Assembly: GCA_052326445.1 (NCBI GenBank)
Contig: JBKQNC010000011.1
Span: 65,229 to 129,228 of the forward strand
DNA from: Thermoplasmata archaeon
GTDB lineage: Archaea; Thermoplasmatota; Thermoplasmata; Lutacidiplasmatales; UBA184
DNA: 64,000 bases
Direction of reading: 5' to 3'
In this document: positions 9,712-17,815 of the stretch, one piece after another
Layout: the number at the start of each line of letters is the position of its first letter
How positions within the stretch are numbered: position 1 is the stretch's first letter
Notes under the pieces: model-generated
The model's database searches: none
The model's input: only the letters and a program-made list of their open reading frames with translations
What the model was told of the DNA's origin: nothing
Translations under genes and position numbers: made by a program

Positions 9712-10464
9712 TCAGGTCGACCCGTGGAGTAGGGTGGCGATGCGGCGGGCGAGGGGACCGACCGGCCGCCGCTGGAAGAGATTCCGGCCGATGCAGATCC
9801 CTCCTCCGCCCGCCGTGACGCTCTCCTCGACCAACCGGAGGAAGGCGGACTCGGGGTCGACCCGGACCCCGCCGCCGATCAGGACGGGCACGGGCGTGCT
9901 TCGGCACAGGCGACGGAACTCCTCGAGCGAGCCGGGGTAGCTGGTCTTGACGATGTCCGCCCCGAGGTCCGCCGCCGCGCGGGCGGCGTGACGCAGTTCG
10001 TCCGCCGTTCCCCCGTTCTCCTTCTTGACGTAGGCCATGCAGAGGAGCGGCAGACCCAACTGCCGGCACTGGTCGGAGGCGATCCCGAGGTCGGTCAGCA
10101 TGTCCGGCTCCTCGGGGACGCCGAAGTTCACCTGGAGGGACAAGAGGTCCGCCCCGAGACTGACCGCCTCGCTCGCGGTGGCGACGAGCACCTTGCGATT
10201 GGCGGTGGGGCCGAGGGTCGTCGAGGCCGAGACATGGATTCCGAGCCGGGTCGACGGAGCCAGGATCGGGGCGACCTCCCGCACGGCCCCCTTCGTGACG
10301 ATCAGGAGGTCCACGCCCCCGTCCTGCAGCTCCTGGGCGAGCGGGGCCAGCTCCTCGAGTCCGTCGATCGGGCCCATCGTCACGGCGTGGTCGAGCGGCA
10401 CCGAAAAGAGCCGCCGCCGCGGGTCCGGGAACAGTCGGCGCAGTCGGATCGATTTTCCGTACGT
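9712..10464 (-). CDS. aroA': 2-amino-3,7-dideoxy-D-threo-hept-6-ulosonate synthase (class I aldolase); probable non-AUG start
   Basis: GKSIRLRRL, VPLDHA.TMGP, Schiff-base GADIVKT.Y, PVLIGGG and GICIGRNLFQ; adjacent to aroB'. Start inferred at ACG 10464 (or ATA 10470) behind the AAGGAGG SD. The ORF-track GTG 10605 lacks an SD. Confidence 0.88.
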   Translation of the reverse strand, partial: TYGKSIRLRRLFPDPRRRLFSVPLDHAVTMGPIDGLEELAPLAQELQDGGVDLLIVTKGAVREVAPILAPSTRLGIHVSASTTLGPTANRKVLVATASEAVSLGADLLSLQVNFGVPEEPDMLTDLGIASDQCRQLGLPLLCMAYVKKENGGTADELRHAARAAADLGADIVKTSYPGSLEEFRRLCRSTPVPVLIGGGVRVDPESAFLRLVEESVTAGGGGICIGRNLFQRRPVGPLARRIATLLHGST

Positions 10465-10470
10465 GTTTAT

Positions 10471-10564
10471 CCCCTCCTTGTTTGTTTTCGAGGAAGACGT
10501 GGGAGGGGCCCGGCCCGCGGGAGCGCGGGGTAGGTCGGGGGGGCGCCCTCCCGGCGCCTCCCAA
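10471..10564 (-). promoter_or_regulatory. Candidate translational attenuator (alternative helices 1:2, 2:3 and 3:SD)
   Basis: Seg1 10562-10553 GGGAGGCGCC pairs with 10547-10538 GGCGCCCCCC. Seg2 10552-10541 GGGAGGGCGCCC pairs with seg3 10511-10501 GGGCCCCTCCC (11 bp, 1 bulge). Seg3 CCCCTCC pairs with the SD GGAGGGG 10477-10471. Confidence 0.65.
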
Positions 10565-10636
10565 TCACCAGAGCCAGGTTCGGATGGCCGATCGGCCCAC
10601 GCCACCCGCGACGCAGGTTGAGGGCGCGTCCGTCAT
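10565..10636 (-). CDS. Putative Trp-sensing leader peptide MTDAPSTCVAGGVGRSAIRTWLW (23 aa; 27 aa if started at ATG 10648)
   Basis: Hand-translated. Ends TGG CTC TGG TGA directly upstream of an aro-trp operon; a TATA-like box lies about 29 nt upstream of the ATG. Confidence 0.7.
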   Translation of the reverse strand: MTDAPSTCVAGGVGRSAIRTWLW

Positions 10637-10658
10637 CGGCGAATCCATCCTCCGGGTT

Positions 10659-10666
10659 CTATTTAG
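10659..10666 (-). promoter_or_regulatory. Possible TATA box of the aro-trp leader transcript
   Basis: CTAAATAG at about -30 to -23 relative to ATG 10636, which fits a leaderless archaeal mRNA. It overlaps the stop codon of the upstream gene. Confidence 0.45.
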
Positions 10667-11390
10667 GCTTGATTGGGCCGGCGGTTGCCGCGAGCACGCC
10701 GTCCACGAGCAATGCGTGGAGCGCGAACCCCCGGAGCATCTGGTCCCACATCAGATGACGGATCTCGGGGGTCGAGGCGAACCCCGCGACGATCTGACCG
10801 ATCCACTCACTGTGCTCAACGTCGGCCGTGACGTGGAGTTTGTAGTACTCGAGGTGGGCGTCGTCCACCCCGTAGTGCTTCTGGAAGGCGGGAAGCAGCC
10901 GCGCGCAGAGGGGAACGTTCGGAGGCTCGGAGGAACCTGCGGCCGACACGTAGAAGGTCTGGGTCCGGTTCGTGTAAAGGAAGTCGTCGATCGCGAGCAT
11001 CGTGGTGGGGAGGAGGGGCGTGGATTGGACCTCCTTCCTCGGAACCCCGAGTCCCTCGCAGAATCGGAGCCAGAGTTCGGGGTGCCCCGGTTCCTTCCCC
11101 TTGGGGTCGCCCGCCTCCTCCACGAGCTGGTCGAGGATCATGCGTCGGTAGCGGTCGTTCTGGGGTTCCCAGGAACAGTTCGCGAACCGCTCCGCCATCG
11201 CGATCGGCACGGAGGCGAGCCACGGGTAGAACTGCTTGACCCACGCCTGGACCACCGGTTTCGGTACCTCGCCTTTTTCGAGGCGAGCGAAGAACGGATG
11301 GGTCGCGAAGGGGTGGTTGGCCAACTTGTACTTGGTGAGCTCGTCGCGGAACTTCTCGCCCTCGAACCGAACCCAGGGAGCCTCGGTCAT
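10659..11390 (-). CDS. Heme-oxygenase-like diiron protein (PqqC/CADD/TenA fold)
   Basis: HPFF..L.KGE, LVEE...GH.ELW.RF..GLG, a central Glu (SSE) and an HxxxDxxH metal-ligand pattern (HVTADVEH). Confidence 0.8.
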   Translation of the reverse strand: MTEAPWVRFEGEKFRDELTKYKLANHPFATHPFFARLEKGEVPKPVVQAWVKQFYPWLASVPIAMAERFANCSWEPQNDRYRRMILDQLVEEAGDPKGKEPGHPELWLRFCEGLGVPRKEVQSTPLLPTTMLAIDDFLYTNRTQTFYVSAAGSSEPPNVPLCARLLPAFQKHYGVDDAHLEYYKLHVTADVEHSEWIGQIVAGFASTPEIRHLMWDQMLRGFALHALLVDGVLAATAGPIKPK

Positions 11391-11477
11391 CGGTCGTTCG
11401 ACCGGGCCGGCCTATTTGGTCCCCGAGGTTCCGTGCTGAACCCCCCGGGTTATCGAGGCCGGGTCGGCTCTTCGCCC

Positions 11478-12791
11478 GTGTCCAAGTCCGCCGCGGGCGC
11501 GCCGCCCGTCCCTCCGTTCGGTCCTCTCGCGGGCCTCCGAGTCCTCGAATCGGCCCGGTTCGTCGCCGGCCCGTGGGCGGCCACCTACCTCGGCGAATTC
11601 GGAGCCCGGGTGATCCATGTGGAGGGTGCGCCGTTCGAGCCACCGTACGCGGATGCGACCCGGACCCTGCGTCCGCTCGTCTCGGGGGAGAACCCCGCGG
11701 ACCAGGTCTCCGAGTCGTGGGTACAGTACTCCCGGAACAAGCTCTCGGTCGGCATGGACGTGCGGACCCCAGAGGGCCGCACGGTGTTCCTCGACCTCAT
11801 TCGGGAATCCGACATCTGGATCGAGTCCTCGCGTCCCGGAACGTACGACCGGCTCCAGCTGTCCGATGCCGAGCTCTGGAAAGCCAACCCCCGATTGACG
11901 ATCGTGCACGTCTCGGGGTACGGGCAGACGGGCGACCCGGCGCGGGTCGGCGCCCCGTCGTATGACCTCACCGCCCAGGCGTTCAGTGGGTTCCTCGCCC
12001 TTCAGGGCGAACCGGACCCGGCGCCCCCGGCGCGGAGCGGGACGGCCCTGAACGACACGGTCACCGGTCTCGCGGCGGCCATGGGGGGCCTGATGGGATA
12101 CTTCTCCGCCGAACGGACCGGTCGCGGCCAGGCGGTGGACGTCGCGCAGTACGAGGTGTTCTTCATCTTGCTCGAGAACCTCGCCCTCGACTACTTCCTC
12201 CGAGGAGTTGTGCGAGCACGTCACGGGACCGCCCACTCGCGGTTGCATCCCTACGACCTCCATCGGGCGGCCGACGGATGGGTCGTGGTGGCGGCCCCCA
12301 CCCCCGACGGATGGGCGCGGCTCCGGGATTTGATCGGGTTCCACGACCCGGCGTTCGATGACCGGGACTACCGGCTGGCGCACCGTGGGCCTGTCGACCG
12401 TGCCATCGCCGAGTTCTGTCGGACCCGGACCCGCACGGAGCTCGAACGTCTCGCGGCCGAGCACGATGTGGCCATCTCCCGGATCTTCGATATCGCCGAC
12501 ATTGCGCGAGACCCCCACTATCGGGCCCGGGGGATGTTCGTCGAGTGGGACGACCCCGTGGCGGGTCGGGTCAAGGGGGCCGGAGTCGCACCCCGGTTCT
12601 CCACGACCCCGGGCGGGGTCTGGCGAGGGGCGCCGTGGCTCGGACAAGACAATGAAGCGGTCCTCGCCGGCATCCTTGGGTATCCTCCCGAACGGATCGC
12701 CCGGTTGCGAAAGGAAGGGATCATCGGGGAGCACCCTCCCGCGGGGGGCCCCTCTCAAGCTCCGGCCTTCTTTGCGAAGGAGAAGGTCTAG
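11478..12791 (+). CDS. CaiB/BaiF family (class III) CoA-transferase
   Basis: GPLAGLRVLE...AGP, FGARVIHVE, RNKLS, NPRL, SGYGQTG, catalytic Asp (LNDTVTG) and APWLGQDN. Start GTG 11478 inferred. Confidence 0.92.
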   Translation: MSKSAAGAPPVPPFGPLAGLRVLESARFVAGPWAATYLGEFGARVIHVEGAPFEPPYADATRTLRPLVSGENPADQVSESWVQYSRNKLSVGMDVRTPEGRTVFLDLIRESDIWIESSRPGTYDRLQLSDAELWKANPRLTIVHVSGYGQTGDPARVGAPSYDLTAQAFSGFLALQGEPDPAPPARSGTALNDTVTGLAAAMGGLMGYFSAERTGRGQAVDVAQYEVFFILLENLALDYFLRGVVRARHGTAHSRLHPYDLHRAADGWVVVAAPTPDGWARLRDLIGFHDPAFDDRDYRLAHRGPVDRAIAEFCRTRTRTELERLAAEHDVAISRIFDIADIARDPHYRARGMFVEWDDPVAGRVKGAGVAPRFSTTPGGVWRGAPWLGQDNEAVLAGILGYPPERIARLRKEGIIGEHPPAGGPSQAPAFFAKEKV

Positions 12792-13973
12792 ATGCTCGTG
12801 CGCGGGGAGCTTCCACCGGACCCACTCGCCGCCGAGCTCGACCGGTTCATCGACCAGCATCATCTCGGGGACCGCTCCCGGGAGCTCGACCGCGACCCGG
12901 CTTTCCCCCGCCGGGAATACGAAGCGATGGGAGCCGCCGACTGGCTCGGCCTGAGCACTCCCTCGGCCTCCGGGGGCCGCGGACTGTCGCTCCCCCGCGC
13001 GGGCGCGTTGCTCTACCGGCTGGCCTACCGTTCGGGGACGGTGTTTGCCAAACTCGCGCTCCAGCCCGAGTTCTCTTCCGTCCTCCGGGAACACGGGAGC
13101 CCGGAACTCCAGGAGACGTGGTACCGACCGCTCTGCCGGGGACTCCGCCTCGTGAGCAACCAGATTACCGAACCCACAGCGGGTTCCGACGCCCAGGCGC
13201 TCGCCCTCGCAGCCCGACGCGAGGGGGACGTATACCTTCTGTCGGGAACGAAATCCGAAGTGGCTCTCGCGGAAGCCGCCGAGGCCGCCATCGTCTACGG
13301 CCGGGTCGGCGAAGAAGGGTCCGGTGGGATCACGGCGTTCCTGGTCCCCCAGTCGCTTCCGGGGATCGAGCGGACGCGCTCCGCCCGAGACCTCGGTGAG
13401 CATTGGCAGCAGCGTGGCACCGTCCGGTATACGAACGTGCGGGTGCCGGCGGACCACCGACTCGGCGCGGAGGGACGGGGGTTCGAGTACGTTCGTCCCG
13501 AGCTGACCCGCGAGCGGGTCCTTCTCGCGACCATTTACCTCGGGGTCGGTCGCGCCTCGTGGGAGGAGGTCGTCTCGTATGTGGGGACTCGCTCCGCCTT
13601 CGGGCGGCCCCTTTCCTCGCAGGAAGGGGTGGCCTTCCCCCTGGTGGAGGACGGGTCCTACCTTGAATCCGCGGGGCTCTACGTCGCGCGTACGCTGGAG
13701 CGACTCGAACGGGGCGAGGAGGTGGACGCGGACGCCGCCCTCGCGAAGTGGATGGCGACCGACACCGCCCTCCGGGCGATCGACCACGCGATCCAATTCT
13801 GCGGCGGGCGCGGATATTCCGGCGAACTCCCCCACGAGCAGCGCTGGAGGGATGTGCGAAGTGGAGCCATCGCACACGGACCCTCGGAGATCATGCATGT
13901 CGTGGCGGCGCATGCCCTGTGGCCGCGTCCTCCGAAGGCGTCGGACCGAACGAAGGCGCCCAACACGGGCTGA
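12792..13973 (+). CDS. Acyl-CoA dehydrogenase family protein
   Basis: ITEPTAGSD, LSGTK, R.AFGRPL, AKW, AIQFCGGRGY and RDVR..GPSEIM; starts directly after the CoA-transferase stop. Confidence 0.92.
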   Translation: MLVRGELPPDPLAAELDRFIDQHHLGDRSRELDRDPAFPRREYEAMGAADWLGLSTPSASGGRGLSLPRAGALLYRLAYRSGTVFAKLALQPEFSSVLREHGSPELQETWYRPLCRGLRLVSNQITEPTAGSDAQALALAARREGDVYLLSGTKSEVALAEAAEAAIVYGRVGEEGSGGITAFLVPQSLPGIERTRSARDLGEHWQQRGTVRYTNVRVPADHRLGAEGRGFEYVRPELTRERVLLATIYLGVGRASWEEVVSYVGTRSAFGRPLSSQEGVAFPLVEDGSYLESAGLYVARTLERLERGEEVDADAALAKWMATDTALRAIDHAIQFCGGRGYSGELPHEQRWRDVRSGAIAHGPSEIMHVVAAHALWPRPPKASDRTKAPNTG

Positions 13974-13983
13974 GGACCGGTCG

Positions 13984-14574
13984 ATGGCGACCGCCCAACT
14001 AGTGTCGGTGAACGTGGCTCTCCCGCGGGAGGTCCCGTGGCGGGGGAGACGGATCCGTACCGGTTTCTTCAAGGAGCCGGCGACAGGAACGAGACAGGTT
14101 CGGTCCGAGGGCTTGGAGGGCGACGGGGTAGGCGACCCCCATTCCCACGGGGGACCTCGCAAATGTGTCTATGCCTATCCGAGCGAGCACTACCCGTATT
14201 GGTGCGGCGAACTGGGCCTGGAGCGGTTACCGTGGGGAAGTTTCGGGGAGAACCTCTCCTTGCGCGGGGTGACCGAGTCCGACGTTCGCCCGGGAGACCG
14301 TCTCGAGGTCGGCACCGCCCTTTTCGAGGTGACCCAGCCGCGAACCCCGTGCTTCAAGATGAACCTCCGGTTCGGCCGGGAGGACATGGTGCGACGTTTT
14401 GCCCGCGCCGGGCGGTCCGGGTTTTACCTCGGGGTCGTGCGACCCGGAGCGCTCGCGGCGGGCGACCAAGTACTCTTCCATCTCGGAACCGGGGTTGGGC
14501 CGACCATCGACGAACAGTTCCGCGCCAGCATGCAGCGCCCGGTGGATCCCGCCGCCGAGTTCGAGGACGAGTGA
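13984..14574 (+). CDS. MOSC domain protein (YiiM-like)
   Basis: GLEGD..D...HGG, WGSFGENL, TQPRTPCFK and GRSGFY. Confidence 0.9.
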   Translation: MATAQLVSVNVALPREVPWRGRRIRTGFFKEPATGTRQVRSEGLEGDGVGDPHSHGGPRKCVYAYPSEHYPYWCGELGLERLPWGSFGENLSLRGVTESDVRPGDRLEVGTALFEVTQPRTPCFKMNLRFGREDMVRRFARAGRSGFYLGVVRPGALAAGDQVLFHLGTGVGPTIDEQFRASMQRPVDPAAEFEDE

Positions 14575-14728
14575 GCGGGGGCTCCCCCCCACGGCGTGCC
14601 TATGGCCGGGTGGAATACGCCGTGCTCCCCGAGGGGAGGGCGCGTCGGGCGGGCCCTATTTTCGGCTCTCGGAGGGGTCCTCGGTCAACCCAAAGGAGCT
14701 AAACCCTCCCGCGGTTCGCCTCGCCGTT

Positions 14729-15016
14729 ATGCCAGGCATCGCGACCCTCCGAGCGAACTCGAATGCGACGTTCATCGCCACGATCACCGCCGTCTCCGCT
14801 CCGCGCGAAGTGACGACCTCCCGCGGCACCTCCAAGGTCGCGGACGCCACCCTCCAAGATGAGACGGGCACCACCACGCTCACGCTCTGGGGCGAGGACA
14901 TTCAGAAGTACACCGTGGGACAGAAGGTCCAGATCACGGACGGCTGGGTCAAGGACTTCCGCGGGAAGCTCCAGGTCTCGATGGGGCGGTCGGGAAAGAT
15001 CGCCATCGTCCCGTAA
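14729..15016 (+). CDS. Single OB-fold ssDNA-binding protein (SSB/RPA-like)
   Basis: KVADATLQDETG...LTLW, ITDGWVKDFRGKLQVSMGRSG. Confidence 0.88.
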   Translation: MPGIATLRANSNATFIATITAVSAPREVTTSRGTSKVADATLQDETGTTTLTLWGEDIQKYTVGQKVQITDGWVKDFRGKLQVSMGRSGKIAIVP

Positions 15017-15118
15017 GCGTCGACTCACCACTTCCGACCCGACCGAGTCGGGCCCGACCGCGGTCTCGTCGGCCGCCGCCGAAGGAAGCTCTATCTAAAC
15101 GGAGTCGATGAAGGCCTC

Positions 15119-15418
15119 ATGGCGTCGGCCCTCCGGGTACTGGGGATTGTGGGGGCGATCCTGATCCTGGCGGGCTTTGCAATCGTGGGTTTCGGTCTCC
15201 TGAACGAGGCGGCCGCCGAAAGCACCGCGATTAATTGCACGGGGAGCCACTGTCAATCCGCCGACCAAAACGCCACGAATGCGAGCTTACAAGCGAGTTC
15301 GTTCCTCGGCATCGGTTTTGTTTCCGCGGGCGTCGGGGTCGCCTGCACCCTCAGTTCGGCGGTCGTCCTCATGGGTCGCTGGCCACCCCCTCCCGGCCCG
15401 TTCCGGTTTCCGCCCTAG
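15119..15418 (+). CDS. Small 2-TM membrane protein, paralog 1
   Basis: Two hydrophobic helices around a Cys-pair loop; Pro-rich tail. Confidence 0.75.
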   Translation: MASALRVLGIVGAILILAGFAIVGFGLLNEAAAESTAINCTGSHCQSADQNATNASLQASSFLGIGFVSAGVGVACTLSSAVVLMGRWPPPPGPFRFPP

Positions 15419-15572
15419 GGCCCTCCCTGACGGTCCTCGGGGCCCCTCGGTTTCGCCGCGCCCGATGGCGAGTTCGACCTCCCCGCGGTTGCGGCTCCCC
15501 ACGAGTTCCTACGGAACGGGTTCTCCGGTCGGGCGAGAGAAGGTGTATCTAGCCCCACCCCATCGTGGGGAC

Positions 15573-15959
15573 ATGGCTCGGCCGGGCGTTTCCTTGGGTG
15601 TCCTCGGAGCTGTCCTCATCATGGTCGGTCTGGTTCTCTTCGGAATTGGACTCTTGGTGGAGTCGAATGCGGAGCAGACCGAGATCAACTGCATTTACGG
15701 CGGGAATCCCTCCAACTGTCAGGCGACCGATAGTACGGCGGCGAACACGTCGGTCGATGCGGTCTCCATCCTCGGTACAGGCCTCATCGTGGCCGGCGTG
15801 GGTGCGGCGATGACCGTGATTGCCATGCTCGGCATCATGACCACCCGACTCGAGACCCCTCCGCCCATGATGATGCCCACGTCCCCTTCCGTTCCCCCCG
15901 GCAGCACGGCCCCCCCTCCCTCCCTTCCTCCCTCGTACCCCCCACCTCCGGCGACCTGA
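15573..15959 (+). CDS. Small 2-TM membrane protein, paralog 2
   Basis: Aligns by eye with 15119-15418; start ATG 15573 (MARPGVSLG). Confidence 0.75.
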   Translation: MARPGVSLGVLGAVLIMVGLVLFGIGLLVESNAEQTEINCIYGGNPSNCQATDSTAANTSVDAVSILGTGLIVAGVGAAMTVIAMLGIMTTRLETPPPMMMPTSPSVPPGSTAPPPSLPPSYPPPPAT

Positions 15960-15996
15960 TCGGACCACCACCGAGGTATCCGGCGGGGTTGAGCGG

Positions 15997-16563
15997 TCAC
16001 GCGCTCGGGGGGTCTCGACCCGCCGGTCGAGCGGCGATCCGTTTCCCCATTAGTATCTCACCCCAAACGACCCTCATCCGGCTTCGGAGCCCCCACGCAC
16101 CGAGACCCCCCTCCCGATAGCCGAGTTCCTTTCGCTCGACCAATCGGAACCCTCGCGAACGGAACAGTGCGATCGAGGGGACGTTTCCCTCTTCGGCCGC
16201 GGCGTAGACGACCTCCACGCCGGCCCGTTGGAAGAGGGCGAGGGCGTCATCCAAGAGGACTCGACCCAGTCCCTTGGCCCGGTGGGATTTCGCTACGGCC
16301 AGATAGTAGACGTACCCGACCTCCGGGACCAGGCGCTCCAACATCGACACGGCCACGACCCGCCCCTCCCGGCGGATCGCACGTACCTGGGACGCTTCCC
16401 GGAGGGTCCGCTTCGCGTGCCATCGGTAGATCCCTTCGAAGGAATCGATGATCACCGGTACGGCCTCTTCCCGGTCGGCGGGAAGGAGATCCGCCGGGGG
16501 GGTGGGTGCGGCCTCCGTCACACCGGCATCCCGGAAACCGGCGGGGTCGGCCGCGGTCGGCAC
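15997..16563 (-). CDS. GNAT acetyltransferase
   Basis: YLAV...HRAKGLG..LL and N..SIALFRSRGF; start uncertain. Confidence 0.85.
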   Translation of the reverse strand: MPTAADPAGFRDAGVTEAAPTPPADLLPADREEAVPVIIDSFEGIYRWHAKRTLREASQVRAIRREGRVVAVSMLERLVPEVGYVYYLAVAKSHRAKGLGRVLLDDALALFQRAGVEVVYAAAEEGNVPSIALFRSRGFRLVERKELGYREGGLGAWGLRSRMRVVWGEILMGKRIAARPAGRDPPSA

Positions 16564-16731
16564 TCAACCGTGGATTCCACGCGCTCGGGTAGGCCTGACG
16601 GGCTATGGAATTTGCCGCTGCGTCGAGTCGTCCCACGGTCTCGGCCGATCACCCCTCCTGTCCCCCCGACAGACCGGGGGAACCGCTAAGGCAAAGGTCG
16701 CCGTGGACCGAGGGCAGGAGGGCTAGCGATC

Positions 16732-17277
16732 GTGACCGGTAGCCCCGGGCCGGACCGGGATCAACAGGCCCGGAAGCTCCAGATCGGGTTTGTTTCGGTA
16801 TGGCTCGTGGTGGGAGCTGTCATACTCGGCGGGTTGACCCTCATTCCGCCCTCCGCCACTCCCCTCGGGCCGTCGTCGCCCAGTTCGTATCTTGACTCGG
16901 CGATCCCGACCGGCACCAACTTCTCCTTCGAGTTCTCGATCGCGATCCCGATCTACCGCGCCAACCTCACCGGGCCGTACGGCAGCCCCACGGTGCCGGT
17001 CCTCATCTCGGGGAACTGGACGTCCACGGCTCCCACGTGGACCGGAGCCCGCGTCGGGGAGTCGGGCGCCACCCCCTGCCTTCTGGTCGTCTTTTGTGAA
17101 GGGCAGGGAAACCAATCGGGACCCCTTCACCTTACGATCGAAGCACCCACGCAACAGTCCTCCGAACCCGGCATCGCTTTTGTGGTCCTGTACCTCGAGT
17201 TCTGGGCCGAGGGGAACGACGTCGTCACGGTCACCTCACCGATTGGAGCGGCTGAAGTCAGCGTGCTCCCGGGATAG
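16732..17277 (+). CDS. Hypothetical membrane-anchored exported protein
   Basis: N-terminal hydrophobic helix followed by a beta-rich Ser/Thr domain with several N-x-S/T sequons. Confidence 0.6.
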   Translation: MTGSPGPDRDQQARKLQIGFVSVWLVVGAVILGGLTLIPPSATPLGPSSPSSYLDSAIPTGTNFSFEFSIAIPIYRANLTGPYGSPTVPVLISGNWTSTAPTWTGARVGESGATPCLLVVFCEGQGNQSGPLHLTIEAPTQQSSEPGIAFVVLYLEFWAEGNDVVTVTSPIGAAEVSVLPG

Positions 17278-17393
17278 GGCCGTCGCCCCGACCCTGCCTC
17301 CCGAGTTCCCTCCACCACCTGCCAGGGAGCCGGACCGGTAGTGCTCACCGGAAGTGAGTCGTTCCTTTACCTTCCCTACCGATTCCCCTTACC

Positions 17394-17666
17394 ATGGCAC
17401 CACCCCCCGGTTCCGAAAGTGTCTGGCCCGACACGCCGATCTCGGAGACTCTCACCGGCCTTAAGCACCGGATCGTGGCCTCGATCCTGGTTCCGGTCGC
17501 GTGGTTGAGCGCTACGCTCCTCTACCTCGCGTTCTGGGCCCAAGGCTTCAGCCTGTTCCAGAACATCGTTGTCGCCCTCGTGTCGGTTATCGTCCTCATC
17601 GGTGTGATGGCGGGCATCTGGGTTTCGTTCGGGTTTCGGCAGGCTCGGACCTGGATGGAGTGGTAG
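17394..17666 (+). CDS. Small 2-TM hypothetical protein
   Basis: Two clear hydrophobic segments; ATG start. Confidence 0.7.
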   Translation: MAPPPGSESVWPDTPISETLTGLKHRIVASILVPVAWLSATLLYLAFWAQGFSLFQNIVVALVSVIVLIGVMAGIWVSFGFRQARTWMEW

Positions 17667-17815
17667 TCCGGCGTAACGCTTCGGCGCTTCCCCCGCCTCG
17701 GTCGGTCCGACGCGTTCCGAGGGTCCCGGACCCGGAGGCCCCGGACCGATCCGGGAGCCGGGCGCCCCCGGGGGAACGACCGACACCCTTAGGGAGCAGC
17801 GTCCATGGGGCCATC

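Noticed and set aside
10471..10511. Intrinsic transcription terminator as the attenuator output
   Set aside because: No U-tract follows the 3:4 helix on the minus strand; the helix covers the SD instead.
10659..11390. CADD-type self-sacrificing pABA synthase next to the chorismate operon
   Set aside because: The positions matching CADD Tyr27 and Lys152 (alignment from memory) are Phe and Leu, and no folate genes are nearby.
11412..14162. Long antisense ORFs (e.g. 916 aa here; also 853-2304, 1614-3080, 18596-20026)
   Set aside because: These are shadow frames opposite well-supported genes in high-GC DNA and contain no recognisable motifs.
14575..14670. Hairpin cluster downstream of the MOSC gene (CACGGCGT/ACGCCGTG and others)
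   Set aside because: Compatible with an ordinary 3' end or chance pairing at high GC; no recognisable RNA family features.
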